From the IMG/VR virus record IMGVR_UViG_3300025411_000647, positions 1 to 52,534 of that record: a DNA stretch of 52,534 nucleotides. One strand, given 5' to 3'. Under the pieces are notes generated by a model. The model was not told where the DNA came from and made no database searches. It was given only the letters and a program-made list of their open reading frames with translations. Positions 30,882 to 40,012 of this stretch are shown one piece after another. This DNA comes from a virus. Lineage: Duplodnaviria; Caudoviricetes. The stretch's first letter is position 1. Every line of letters starts with the position of its first letter. The translations under genes were made by a program, and so were the position numbers.

Positions 30882-31542
30882 CATAAACGGAATACCTATA
30901 GGTATATACAAAGATGGACCGATTGGTGTAGGAATAAGCGGAGGAGCAGATAGTGCTATTTTACTTTATATTTTAATGTGTAATACCAATCAACCTGTAC
31001 ACATTTATAATATGTGGTCGAGCAGTAGAAAATATTCATTTGCTAAAAGTGTAAAATCTGTTATTGAAACATGTTCTAAGCTAACAGGCAACACTAATTA
31101 TGTAGAACATTTGTTTCAAGTCGAGCCTAGGGAAACTATCGAATTGTATTGCAACCAACTTAACTCTGCTCTTAATAAGAAAGAAATTGATATGTTTTAC
31201 ATGGGGTTGACCGCGTTTCCTCCTAAAGAAGTCTATATGAAGTTTGATGAACAACAGCAAGATTGGCATAATAAGTTTCGAGATCCGGACGTAGAACATC
31301 CTTTGTTTGGATTGACTATAGAAGAAAGTACAGATATGATTTCTAATATAGATAAAGTATACAGTCCATTTCGTAATTACAATAAAAAAGATATTGCTAA
31401 ACTTTACAAAGCACTCGACCTTGAAACAACATTATTTCCAATTACACGAAGTTGCGAAAATGATAATCATATTGAATCTCATTGCGGTAAATGCTGGTGG
31501 TGCCAAGAAAGATTGTGGGCTTTTGGTAAACTTGGAGACTAA
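30841..31542 (+). CDS. QueC-like PP-loop ATPase
   Basis: SGGADS; TRSC...HCGKCWWC..R; start may be 30862. Confidence 0.75.
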   Translation: MKQIGLTMDLTYININGIPIGIYKDGPIGVGISGGADSAILLYILMCNTNQPVHIYNMWSSSRKYSFAKSVKSVIETCSKLTGNTNYVEHLFQVEPRETIELYCNQLNSALNKKEIDMFYMGLTAFPPKEVYMKFDEQQQDWHNKFRDPDVEHPLFGLTIEESTDMISNIDKVYSPFRNYNKKDIAKLYKALDLETTLFPITRSCENDNHIESHCGKCWWCQERLWAFGKLGD

Positions 31543-32184
31543 ATGAAAGAATATTTTCAGTCGGACGTTCGTTGTTTAAAATTAGATATAGAATTACCGT
31601 ATGATGACATGTGTAAAGAAGCATTTGCTTTACTCGATAGATTTACACCACATAGAGGTGATGATCATGCTGGATGGGAAAGTTTAACTATACATGGATT
31701 AGGTTGGAATAAACACGAAAGCTATAGCACTTACGGTTATGCTAAAGGTAAAGATGCTAGTAAAGATATGCACTGGACAGAAATAGCAGACTTATGTCCT
31801 ATAACATCTAAATGGCTTAAAGAAATATTTCCTTGCAATAGGTACGGCAGAGTTAGATTTATGTTGTTAAGATCTGGCGGGCATATTTCTAAACATAATG
31901 ATTCAAGCATGAAACTAGTTGAAAATATAAATGTAGCTCTTAATAACCCTGTAGGCTGTAAATGGATATGGGGAGATGGCGAAGAATTAATTATGGAACC
32001 TGGCGGTGTTTATGCCATGAATCTTTATTATGATCATATGTTAGTTAATGATAGCAACGAGGATCGCATGCACATGATTATTGCTAGGCACGATGCACTC
32101 GATAGTTGGAAAACATTGATAGAGGATGCTGCTAATAAACAAGGTGTTACGGGCGACTATATTATAATAGACGAATTACCTTGA
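31543..32184 (+). CDS. Asp/Asn beta-hydroxylase-like oxygenase
   Basis: GW.SL, HND, H...N.S..DR.H. Confidence 0.75.
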   Translation: MKEYFQSDVRCLKLDIELPYDDMCKEAFALLDRFTPHRGDDHAGWESLTIHGLGWNKHESYSTYGYAKGKDASKDMHWTEIADLCPITSKWLKEIFPCNRYGRVRFMLLRSGGHISKHNDSSMKLVENINVALNNPVGCKWIWGDGEELIMEPGGVYAMNLYYDHMLVNDSNEDRMHMIIARHDALDSWKTLIEDAANKQGVTGDYIIIDELP

Positions 32185-32745
32185 AAAGACAATACTAAAT
32201 GCCAAACTAATTCTATCAGTTTCTTCGGTATTTGTTTTTACACCGTGTGCTAGCCATCCAGGAAACAATAATAATTTACCTACTACAGGAGTATGCTCGT
32301 GTCTTTTTACATATTTCTGATAACAGAGAGACGAGATTGCTGCACCAACAGGTGAATCAAAGAATATTTCTCCGTCAGTTTGAGTAGTTTGAAAATAATA
32401 TACACCAGCAATATCATGAGTATGATGTGTGTGAACATGAGTATGCCCGCCTTGAGAATTTTTTACAATCCAGGATGTTCTTTTATATGGTCTTGGTTCA
32501 AACCCAATTTCTTTACAATATTCTTTTAAATGATAATCAATAGATTGATCAAGAGCTATCATTTGTTTTTCTACAATTATATCTTTGCTAACATTTGTAG
32601 TTTCAAAAGTTTTCCCCCATTTATAATAGTTAACTGAATCATCATATTGAATAGTTACTAACGCATTAGATATTTCTGTTTGAATATCTTTTTGATTTTC
32701 TAAAAAACAACTGTATATGGGTGTTGAAAATAAGTTTTCAATCAT
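32176..32745 (-). CDS. 2OG-Fe(II) oxygenase (TIGR02466-like)
   Basis: HTH, GVYY, LFPGWL.HGV, RIS.AF. Confidence 0.85.
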   Translation of the reverse strand: MIENLFSTPIYSCFLENQKDIQTEISNALVTIQYDDSVNYYKWGKTFETTNVSKDIIVEKQMIALDQSIDYHLKEYCKEIGFEPRPYKRTSWIVKNSQGGHTHVHTHHTHDIAGVYYFQTTQTDGEIFFDSPVGAAISSLCYQKYVKRHEHTPVVGKLLLFPGWLAHGVKTNTEETDRISLAFSIVFSR

Positions 32746-33482
32746 ACCGGTATTCCAATTTTTTCTTTAAACTCGTCTGAAAATCTTCCGTTAATTCTTA
32801 ACGTATAAGTAGGACGTTGAATAGGCAAACCGCCATGCCAGTCTCGTTCGTTCCAGTATGCAACTCTAGTATTCATGAAGGTACGTTCTTGTGTTTCAGG
32901 ATTTAAAATATAAAATGGTCTGTCAGTGTCTGTTTTAATATGAATAAACTCTGGAACAAAGGGCCTGCCTTTTTCATCGGGAGTTTCCCCGTCCTCTTTA
33001 GGATCAAGATGCTCCCATGGGATTCCACCAGCATCTATAGATATTAGATTTGAACCGTATAAACTTTTTAATGTTCCGTTAGTTACAAAACTTTGAATCC
33101 ATTTTAGTAAACCTGGAAAGTGTTCAGACACTTCTCCAATGACATTATTTGCTCCGATTACCGGGTACAGCCGATAAAAACAATATGCACCAAACGCATT
33201 TTTTAAATAATCAGTAAGTTGATTATAAGTTAATCCCTTGCCAGCTATTTTCATCGGATCATCTTCTGGTAATGCGTTCCACATACTAACTACTTCGTAT
33301 AATGGATTAACTTTTATACCTTGTGCATTTGGATGAATAGTGCCTTCAGGAATTCTTTGTATACCGTTAACACTTAAATGAAAGGCAGTAGCTATTCCTC
33401 TACAAATCTCAGGACGTAAGGCATCAAACTCTGTTAAGTCTACATGTTTTGCTAAATCTATATAAATGCGATCGTATATCAT
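32742..33482 (-). CDS. cupin/2OG-like oxygenase
   Basis: EHLD...EFIHI...DWHGG...LRINGRF. Confidence 0.6.
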   Translation of the reverse strand: MIYDRIYIDLAKHVDLTEFDALRPEICRGIATAFHLSVNGIQRIPEGTIHPNAQGIKVNPLYEVVSMWNALPEDDPMKIAGKGLTYNQLTDYLKNAFGAYCFYRLYPVIGANNVIGEVSEHFPGLLKWIQSFVTNGTLKSLYGSNLISIDAGGIPWEHLDPKEDGETPDEKGRPFVPEFIHIKTDTDRPFYILNPETQERTFMNTRVAYWNERDWHGGLPIQRPTYTLRINGRFSDEFKEKIGIPV

Positions 33483-33787
33483 ATTTCTTCCACAATTTTG
33501 TTAGTTGTAATGTTGTGCCAATTGTTGTATCGAAATTGTATAACTTTTTCTTGATACTGTAAGATTTTGTCGTTCAAAAATTCTGTATAAGCATCATGAG
33601 ATTTAAAAATTAATGTTTTAGTTTGTGTCGAGTAATCTTTACTAATACTAGTAGACATGCTAATTAATTTATTAGTATCTTGAAAATGCTGTTTAATATA
33701 TTCTTCAATACCATGATCACTATGATGAAATTGATCAATTGGGGTTCGGTCCAGTCTTCTTACACTAATTAATTCTAATTTTATCAT
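33479..33787 (-). CDS. hypothetical protein
   Basis: 102-aa ORF with 4-nt overlaps. Confidence 0.6.
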   Translation of the reverse strand: MIKLELISVRRLDRTPIDQFHHSDHGIEEYIKQHFQDTNKLISMSTSISKDYSTQTKTLIFKSHDAYTEFLNDKILQYQEKVIQFRYNNWHNITTNKIVEEI

Positions 33788-34383
33788 GTGTAGTCCTTGA
33801 TAAAATCAACTTCAAGTTTTGGGCAAGATACAAACAAGCTAGCTCTTGTCCAATCCCAGTTATGTGGACTATCGGGTATTAACTTACGACCTATACAGAT
33901 AAATGTTCTTACTGGAAAATCATCATCTGTTTTAGATGCTACAAACTCTTCATAGTCTAAATGTAAATATTCTTGAAGTTCGGCAACTCGAGGATCATGA
34001 TAGTCTAAGCTGTTTTGAAATGCTAACGCATAACCTCTTTTCAAAACTTCCATTCCTATTTTAGAATAAAGCCTTCCTAAATCAATTAAAGATTTTCCGT
34101 TGTCTCGATCAATAGGAGGAAGAACAATTAACAAAGGTGCCCACAATGAAGGAAGTTTAAATTCACTATTAAACTCTCCACTTCTATTCCAATGTCCTAT
34201 ATAATATAATTTTTTGATAATTTCTTTGTCTTGTATAACACTTTTTTTAGCTATTGGATTTTCATTTAAAAAATCATCTATCATACTGCTTAGATACTGC
34301 ACAGTTTCGTTATCAACGGGAGTGTCGATATCAAATGATCGATTAGCATGAGATAATGTATGATTTAAAGTAATGTTATACAT
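33784..34383 (-). CDS. hypothetical protein (weak nitroreductase-like pattern)
   Basis: N-terminal R-S-F and C-terminal ICIG; weak. Confidence 0.45.
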   Translation of the reverse strand: MYNITLNHTLSHANRSFDIDTPVDNETVQYLSSMIDDFLNENPIAKKSVIQDKEIIKKLYYIGHWNRSGEFNSEFKLPSLWAPLLIVLPPIDRDNGKSLIDLGRLYSKIGMEVLKRGYALAFQNSLDYHDPRVAELQEYLHLDYEEFVASKTDDDFPVRTFICIGRKLIPDSPHNWDWTRASLFVSCPKLEVDFIKDYT

Positions 34384-34702
34384 TAATTAGTACCTCAAAG
34401 TTTTTAGGTGAATTTGAATCATCTATACTATAAGGTATATTATTGTTTTGTAAAAAACATTCTAATGAACCTATAGCCAATCCAGTATGGTGATGACTTT
34501 CGTAAAAAGTAAAGGAATCTGCCATTTTAGCTTCGTCATCGATTCTTTCATCAATTTCGAAATACCCAGTAGTAGGTATAAAATTTATCTTAAGGGTATT
34601 ATTTTGTTTTGTTATAATGCATTCAAAATAAACTCTCCCGCATCTTGCAGGAGAATTTTTTATTACATTTTTAATTGATTCTAACAGATGCGGATATTTC
34701 AT
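34376..34702 (-). CDS. hypothetical protein
   Basis: 108-aa ORF with TAAATA motif 5 nt upstream of the ATG. Confidence 0.6.
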   Translation of the reverse strand: MKYPHLLESIKNVIKNSPARCGRVYFECIITKQNNTLKINFIPTTGYFEIDERIDDEAKMADSFTFYESHHHTGLAIGSLECFLQNNNIPYSIDDSNSPKNFEVLINV

Positions 34703-34750
34703 GGAAATATTTACCTAAACGTAACACTCCACGAAACAAATATGAAATTT

Positions 34751-35764
34751 TTAATTATCTAATTGTTTCCAAGCTGTGCCATTGTATCCATAAAAATGGC
34801 TGTTGCTACTATCAAAAATCATCATTCCGGCATAAGCAGGAGAAGGGTAATTAGACGAACCATTATACCCACCATTGCCAGTGCCAGAGTAACCAGGACC
34901 TGCAAGCATTACAGCAGGTGCAAGAAATACACCCGAACTATTAAGTCCTGCATAGTTAGCATTACTGCCACCACCACCGCTACTAAGAACAATAGTAGAT
35001 TTTGGTTGAGCATCTGAAAGGTTAGCGCCTGAATCGAAATATGAAATTATAACGCCCGCTTGTGCATAACTTGTACCGTTATATCCCTTTAAAGCAAAAG
35101 TCATTCCATTCCCAGGTCCTGTTCCGATAGATGTTGGGCTTAAACTAGACCCTGCATAAAAATTAGCTGAAACACCGGCTCCGATAATAGAATCAATGTG
35201 TAAACCGAGGCCGCCATCTGGTACATTAATAAAAGCTGTATTAAGGGCTGTTAATGTTGCTTGTGAAGCTGAGATATTTCCATTATTATTGATATTTCCA
35301 GTAATTGCAATATTTCCTGTGCCTGTGATACTATATCCATTTAGTGGTAAATTTGCGCCAAGCCCTGTAGTTGCAGAAATAGTTGCACCCGTTATTGCCC
35401 CAAACGCTGAAATACCACCGCCAGTAGAAGAAATAGCACCACTGGCTGTAATTGTACCAGTGTTGTTAATATTGCCTGTTCCTGTAATGTTGTGATTATT
35501 TAACGATAGACTGCCACCTAATTGAGGAGCTGTATCTCCAACAACCGCTGATAACCCTCCACTATTTGTTGCTTGCAAAGTTTGCGAAATTGAGTTCCAT
35601 ATTAGCCCAGTTCCAGCTAATGATGCTCCAACAGCATTTCCGCCTGTAGTTGTGCCGTCTCCGACATATAATTTTTGGGTATCGGTTGTATATACTAATT
35701 CCCCTTGATCAAACAATACTGTTTGTCTTTGGGCGTCTGTTCCGCGTCTAATACGTAGCGACAT
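34751..35764 (-). CDS. tail fibre-like virion protein
   Basis: N-terminal IRRGT...GELVYTTDTQKLYVGDG motif, Gly/Thr/Asn-rich repeats, C-terminal FYGYNGTAW. Confidence 0.8.
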   Translation of the reverse strand: MSLRIRRGTDAQRQTVLFDQGELVYTTDTQKLYVGDGTTTGGNAVGASLAGTGLIWNSISQTLQATNSGGLSAVVGDTAPQLGGSLSLNNHNITGTGNINNTGTITASGAISSTGGGISAFGAITGATISATTGLGANLPLNGYSITGTGNIAITGNINNNGNISASQATLTALNTAFINVPDGGLGLHIDSIIGAGVSANFYAGSSLSPTSIGTGPGNGMTFALKGYNGTSYAQAGVIISYFDSGANLSDAQPKSTIVLSSGGGGSNANYAGLNSSGVFLAPAVMLAGPGYSGTGNGGYNGSSNYPSPAYAGMMIFDSSNSHFYGYNGTAWKQLDN

Positions 35765-35820
35765 GGGCTATCTCCGTTATTCTATAGTGTATTTATTAAA
35801 TACCAGGAGAAGTTTTAGCC

Positions 35821-35847
35821 AAAAAAATAGGGCCCTAAGGCCCTATT
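35821..35847 (-). terminator. intrinsic terminator
   Basis: AATAGGGCC/GGCCCTATT stem followed by a T run. Confidence 0.8.
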
Positions 35848-35866
35848 AAAGTAAAGTACTACTATA

Positions 35867-36472
35867 TTACATAGTAGGACCATTTCCGTTCTTAAATCCT
35901 ACGCTTCCGCCCTCCGCTTCGATGTTCTTGATGACATCTTCAAACAAGATAGGCGCAAAGTCTGGAGTTTGTTCTACACAAACACAATGATAACGAACAT
36001 CGTTTTCATCACTGTATAAAACTTCACCAGTTCTAGCATCAACACCACGGGCTTTTTTAACACGATTTGCGTGTAAGTGTCCGTGAATGTTAACACCAAA
36101 ACGTCCAAGACTTTCTGCGTGAACAGGAATATGGCTAAGGATCATACCGTTCATAACGTGATAAGCTCTAAGTTCTCTAAAGTAAGCACGATAGTCCTCA
36201 TCCTTAAAGATATCGTGATTACCACGAATTAAAACCTTGTCGCCGTTAAGTCTGTGCATAATTGCTAACGCTTTACGATTGATGACAACATCGCCCAAGT
36301 GATAGACCTTGTCAGTGGGCTTTACCCGTTCGTTCCACGCCTTAACCATTGCTTCGTCCATTTCATCTGGATCAGTCCATGGACGGAGTTTTGTAACACC
36401 ATCGTTACGAGTAAAGCGACATACACCGGCATGGCCGAAGTGTGTATCGCTAACTAAAAATACGCTTGGCAT
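35867..36472 (-). CDS. calcineurin-like phosphoesterase
   Basis: SDTHFGH, LGD, GNHD, HGHLH; AAGGAGG SD before MPSVFLV. Confidence 0.9.
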   Translation of the reverse strand: MPSVFLVSDTHFGHAGVCRFTRNDGVTKLRPWTDPDEMDEAMVKAWNERVKPTDKVYHLGDVVINRKALAIMHRLNGDKVLIRGNHDIFKDEDYRAYFRELRAYHVMNGMILSHIPVHAESLGRFGVNIHGHLHANRVKKARGVDARTGEVLYSDENDVRYHCVCVEQTPDFAPILFEDVIKNIEAEGGSVGFKNGNGPTM

Positions 36473-36485
36473 AATTGCCTCCTTT

Positions 36486-36653
36486 TTAATGAACGGAGGC
36501 TTTTTCATTAACCTCACATTCAATCACCCAATTATCAAACTGGGTAAATTTGTTTACTTCTACACCTAACCCAACCGCTTCATTTACAAAGTGTTGTAAC
36601 AGCGCATTGTACAATTCATCGGGCATTGTGTCTCGATCAAACTTAATTTTCAT
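36486..36653 (-). CDS. hypothetical protein (55 aa)
   Basis: Manual translation MKIKFDRDTMPDELYN...; ATGA coupling. Confidence 0.55.
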   Translation of the reverse strand: MKIKFDRDTMPDELYNALLQHFVNEAVGLGVEVNKFTQFDNWVIECEVNEKASVH

Positions 36654-36964
36654 GCTACTACCCAATCCATTTCTTCTTTGATTTCAATACTTTCGCTTCC
36701 ATCGTATTCATGAATACGAAAAGCTGTTCCTACAGGAATCCATTTAACAACTAAATCAGCCACTCCACCTGCATAGGCTTCTGGAAAACGCATGGCAATA
36801 TAACTTTCTGCTTCTGCTATTTTGCCTTCGTCTACATAGTCAGCCAACACAGGATCAAACATCAACTCGTGTCCGTATTCTGAATAATTCCAAGTATACC
36901 AACCTGCGCCAAACCCTGGGCTATAAATTACTGCTACTTTTCCATCACGCACTAATTTTTCCAT
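36650..36964 (-). CDS. hypothetical phage protein
   Basis: SPGFGAGW..W...EYDGSE motif. Confidence 0.7.
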   Translation of the reverse strand: MEKLVRDGKVAVIYSPGFGAGWYTWNYSEYGHELMFDPVLADYVDEGKIAEAESYIAMRFPEAYAGGVADLVVKWIPVGTAFRIHEYDGSESIEIKEEMDWVVA

Positions 36965-37164
36965 TATAGTCTCCGTTTCTTCCAACTGTAATCAACACCA
37001 TCTGGACACTTACCGTCTTTAACGCTATCTGCTCCAAACTTACCTACAAGTTCCATACCATTAATTCGAATAGTAACAAACTCACCCAATACCTTAGCCC
37101 ACGCCATTGCTTGAGTCAAGTCTTCAAATTCTTTCGACATGTTGTCGTAAACTACTTCTATCAC
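36964..37164 (-). CDS. hypothetical protein
   Basis: 66-aa ORF, translationally coupled. Confidence 0.6.
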   Translation of the reverse strand: MIEVVYDNMSKEFEDLTQAMAWAKVLGEFVTIRINGMELVGKFGADSVKDGKCPDGVDYSWKKRRL

Positions 37165-37352
37165 ATCAAACCTACTATTCTAAAATATTCATCATGCGGC
37201 ACATAGAAATCTGTCTTTGGATCCCAGTACTTGCCTTCTTTTGGATCGTAATATAATATACGTCCGTTAACTAAAAATGGCCCTTCAAGTTTAGGCAAAG
37301 GACCATAGCCTTGATACAAGTCCGCTGTTTTACCTAAAATCTTAAATGCCAT
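37161..37352 (-). CDS. hypothetical protein
   Basis: 63-aa ORF, AGGAG SD, YYDPKEGKYWDP motif. Confidence 0.65.
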   Translation of the reverse strand: MAFKILGKTADLYQGYGPLPKLEGPFLVNGRILYYDPKEGKYWDPKTDFYVPHDEYFRIVGLM

Positions 37353-37382
37353 TTTCTGCTCCTGTTTTGTTAGTATTTGTAT

Positions 37383-37411
37383 ATTATAGCATCAAAAAGA
37401 AACCCAGTCAA
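37383..37411 (-). promoter_or_regulatory. sigma70 promoter overlapping the tRNA-operon terminator
   Basis: TTGACT-17-TATAAT. Confidence 0.8.
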
Positions 37412-37420
37412 CTGGGTTTC
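37394..37420 (-). terminator. intrinsic terminator ending the tRNA operon
   Basis: GAAACCCAG/CTGGGTTTC stem followed by TTTTT, just after tRNA-Cys. Confidence 0.75.
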
Positions 37421-37442
37421 AAAGTGTTGTTTAAATACAACA

Positions 37443-37520
37443 TGGAGCTACGGGAGGGATTTGAACCCCCGGTTTTACGGATTTGCAATCCGCTGCATTG
37501 GGCCACTCTGCCACCGTAGC
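37443..37520 (-). tRNA. tRNA-Cys(GCA)
   Basis: Cloverleaf, loop TT-GCA-AA, U73, encoded CCA. Confidence 0.9.
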
Positions 37521-37529
37521 ATATCTATT

Positions 37530-38063
37530 TCAATAAGCCCACGATACAAAAGAATATCGTGTACCTTTGGTAACTTCTTCGACTCTATGACGATATAAGA
37601 AAGTTGAAGGAAATACTAACACATCACCTTGATTTAAATTTATAACTCGATCGTTCATTATAAATTCTCCGCCTTCGTAGTCATCATTCAATGATCCTAC
37701 AATACTTAGCACCGGAATACCATCATCTTGATGTCGCCTAATTAAATCAGTATGTTCGCTCATCACTGTTCCTGTTTTATATCTATTAAATCGAGGTTGA
37801 CTAAATTGAGTAATTAACCCATCTAAACCAGTTTCCGCATAGTAATTTGTAATGCAATCTATTAAAATAGGTTGTAACGCAATTGATTCATTATTATAAA
37901 GTACATCGAGTTCGCGTGTCGGACGACTCTTTGCACTGTCGTCAAACGGAGTATACCATTTATGCATTTCCCAATTAGTATTACTTTCACACACAGTGAT
38001 TAACTTATTGCATACATCCTGCGGAATTAAATTTTTAACTTTTATATAAGAATCGACGGACAT
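37530..38063 (-). CDS. 2OG-Fe(II) oxygenase (prolyl-hydroxylase-like)
   Basis: HTD, DYEGGE, FPS...H.V..V..G.RYS. Confidence 0.9.
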   Translation of the reverse strand: MSVDSYIKVKNLIPQDVCNKLITVCESNTNWEMHKWYTPFDDSAKSRPTRELDVLYNNESIALQPILIDCITNYYAETGLDGLITQFSQPRFNRYKTGTVMSEHTDLIRRHQDDGIPVLSIVGSLNDDYEGGEFIMNDRVINLNQGDVLVFPSTFLYRHRVEEVTKGTRYSFVSWAY

Positions 38064-38064
38064 T

Positions 38065-38652
38065 TTATTCGTCTGCTTCTACTAAAATTGTATTAAATGC
38101 AATACTGATTCGATCTTCTTTACTCAAATTAGGTTGTGTATAGTGCATCAACCAAGAAGGAAACATTATCAATAATCCAGGCGATGGCGGTAATGTACAC
38201 AGTTGTGAATTAAATGATCCGGGCTTACCAATTGCATCTGTTGGAATTGTATGATAAAAAGAAGTTACAGGATTCAACATTTCTATGCATCCTGAACGTT
38301 CTTCTGCTTTTACATAATATACACCCGAAAGGCACGAATGTGGATGCATATGAGCTTTATTATAATTCAATGGTTTGTTTATGTTAATCCACACATTGGA
38401 AATAATTTGTTTAAATTTATCGTTAAGCCCGATTTCTTTATGAAGCGTATTTGCCTGCTCTTCGATAGTAGTTACGAACAATTTCATTTCATCTGCTAAA
38501 CTAACATCATTGCTTTGCCAACCACCCTCATTGCTAATAAAAACTCCAGGATCTGTACCCATTACTGTGTAGGCGTACTTTGTTAGTTCGTCGTTATTAA
38601 AATTTAAGTTATCTGTTGAAACAAAGTTTGAAAAAATTGGTATAATATTCAT
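38065..38652 (-). CDS. 2OG-Fe(II) oxygenase (TIGR02466-like)
   Basis: SN.GGWQS, HMH, SGVYY, FPSWL.H, RISIAFN. Confidence 0.9.
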   Translation of the reverse strand: MNIIPIFSNFVSTDNLNFNNDELTKYAYTVMGTDPGVFISNEGGWQSNDVSLADEMKLFVTTIEEQANTLHKEIGLNDKFKQIISNVWININKPLNYNKAHMHPHSCLSGVYYVKAEERSGCIEMLNPVTSFYHTIPTDAIGKPGSFNSQLCTLPPSPGLLIMFPSWLMHYTQPNLSKEDRISIAFNTILVEADE

Positions 38653-38664
38653 ATTTTTATATTT

Positions 38665-38739
38665 TGGTAGGACGTGACAGGTTCGAACTGCCGACCTCTT
38701 CCGTGTAAAGGAAGCCTTCTACCGCTGAATTAACGTCCC
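38665..38739 (-). tRNA. tRNA-Val(TAC)
   Basis: Cloverleaf, CTTCC-TT TAC AC-GGAAG, CCA. Confidence 0.9.
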
Positions 38740-39011
38740 AAATATTTTCCACTACGATCAATAGCACGATCGCGAGGAGTGTTAAATTTAATCTTCTTCA
38801 TGTATTCTGGACCAATCTCTCCATTTTGAAATTCAAGTAAGGCTGTTACATTAGTATGAACATCTTCAAACTTTTGGCTACTAGCATTTTGACGTCGTAG
38901 TTCACGACTACGTGCTGCTGCCATAATAACAAGATTAAACCTATTGCCGCCGGCTTGTTTTACACAAGCATCGTTATTGAGTTGAGTTCCGCGACTGATA
39001 TATTGTGGCAT
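38730..39011 (-). CDS. rpoZ: RNA polymerase omega subunit homolog
   Basis: C......NRFNLVIMAAARSREL...VTALLEF..G.I omega pattern; start reassigned to MPQYIS. Confidence 0.8.
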   Translation of the reverse strand: MPQYISRGTQLNNDACVKQAGGNRFNLVIMAAARSRELRRQNASSQKFEDVHTNVTALLEFQNGEIGPEYMKKIKFNTPRDRAIDRSGKYLGR

Positions 39012-39033
39012 ATGATATCCTTTGTAAAAACTT

Positions 39034-39062
39034 ATTATATAATCTTTATTGACTAATGTCAA
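39034..39062 (-). promoter_or_regulatory. sigma70 promoter for rpoZ-tRNA-Val
   Basis: TTGACA-17-TATAAT. Confidence 0.85.
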
Positions 39063-39064
39063 CA

Positions 39065-39649
39065 CTATTCTCGATATTTCACGTCTGCAGCCAAAATAAA
39101 TCTATAATTGTTACTTTGCACAATACCTGGACGATGCCATATTTTACTTGGGTAAATTAACCAAGTATATTCGCTTGGGCGTACAAATAATTTGCCGTCA
39201 CCAGTAGGCCCGTTTGGAGCCATTTCTGTACCGCAAGTATCTCTATCAGTAACATCTTCAGGAATATGCAAATACATAATTCCACTCATTTTTTTTACAA
39301 TGCTACCTTCTTTTACATCCTGTGCATGATGATGCCACAGATTGTCTCGATCTTGCTGCCCTGCCAAATTAGTCATGAAACTCCATGCCATCATATCACT
39401 AACTTGAACTTCTCGACCAAGATACATAAACACACTCATTAAAAAACTCATGCGGTATTTTAACCAAACTGGATCTTGTATTTTAAATAAATTTTCCTCT
39501 GTTTGAAACAGCGGACTATTTTTAAAATACTTACCACTATTGATGATTTGTTGTATAGTGTTTATAGCATACTTTGTATCATCAGATGTGATTACACTGC
39601 TGAAATCGAATTTTTTAAATATGCTATCTTGGTCGATTACGGGTATCAT
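39065..39649 (-). CDS. 2OG-Fe(II) oxygenase-like protein
   Basis: WHHH, SGIMYL, YPS..WH, R. Confidence 0.7.
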   Translation of the reverse strand: MIPVIDQDSIFKKFDFSSVITSDDTKYAINTIQQIINSGKYFKNSPLFQTEENLFKIQDPVWLKYRMSFLMSVFMYLGREVQVSDMMAWSFMTNLAGQQDRDNLWHHHAQDVKEGSIVKKMSGIMYLHIPEDVTDRDTCGTEMAPNGPTGDGKLFVRPSEYTWLIYPSKIWHRPGIVQSNNYRFILAADVKYRE

Positions 39650-39909
39650 GCTGTACGTTTAATAATGTGATAACCAAACTGTGTTTGTACAGGCTCACTG
39701 ACACTGCCTACGGCTGTTGCAACTGTAGCATCTTCAAATGGTTTAACCATTGCACCTGGTCCGAATTCTCCTAGATCTCCGCCGTTGCGACCGCTCGGAC
39801 ACTTGCTGTGTTGTGCGGCTAGTTGCGCAAAATCGGCACCTTCACTTATTTGATTTTTTAGGTTTACTGCTTCGATCAGTGTTGGTACTAGTATGTGGCT
39901 TGCTCTCAT
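39646..39909 (-). CDS. ppiC: parvulin peptidyl-prolyl isomerase
   Basis: ASHILV, F..LA..HS.CPS...GGDLG.F..G.MV..FE, TQFGYHII. Confidence 0.9.
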   Translation of the reverse strand: MRASHILVPTLIEAVNLKNQISEGADFAQLAAQHSKCPSGRNGGDLGEFGPGAMVKPFEDATVATAVGSVSEPVQTQFGYHIIKRTA

Positions 39910-40012
39910 TTTCTTTTTCCTTTTTAAAAATTTTATCCCAGTTGTTACTAAACGTATTTTGATCCACACTATACGGACGTGGACGACTTCCTTTTCCTGC
40001 TTCACCTGCCAT
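39842..40012 (-). CDS. small basic phage protein
   Basis: GKGSRPRP...NWDKIF motif; GGAG SD. Confidence 0.55.
   Translation of the reverse strand: MAGEAGKGSRPRPYSVDQNTFSNNWDKIFKKEKENESKPHTSTNTDRSSKPKKSNK

Noticed and set aside
30841-31542. Complete 7-deazaguanine DNA modification pathway
   Set aside because: Only a QueC-like ATPase is visible. No recognisable FolE, QueD or DpdA lies in this window, so no gene symbol was assigned.
255-35495. Many antisense or nested ORFs (e.g. 255..449, 2828..3316, 4277..4615, 18359..18649, 35196..35495)
   Set aside because: These are shadow frames of longer motif-bearing genes.
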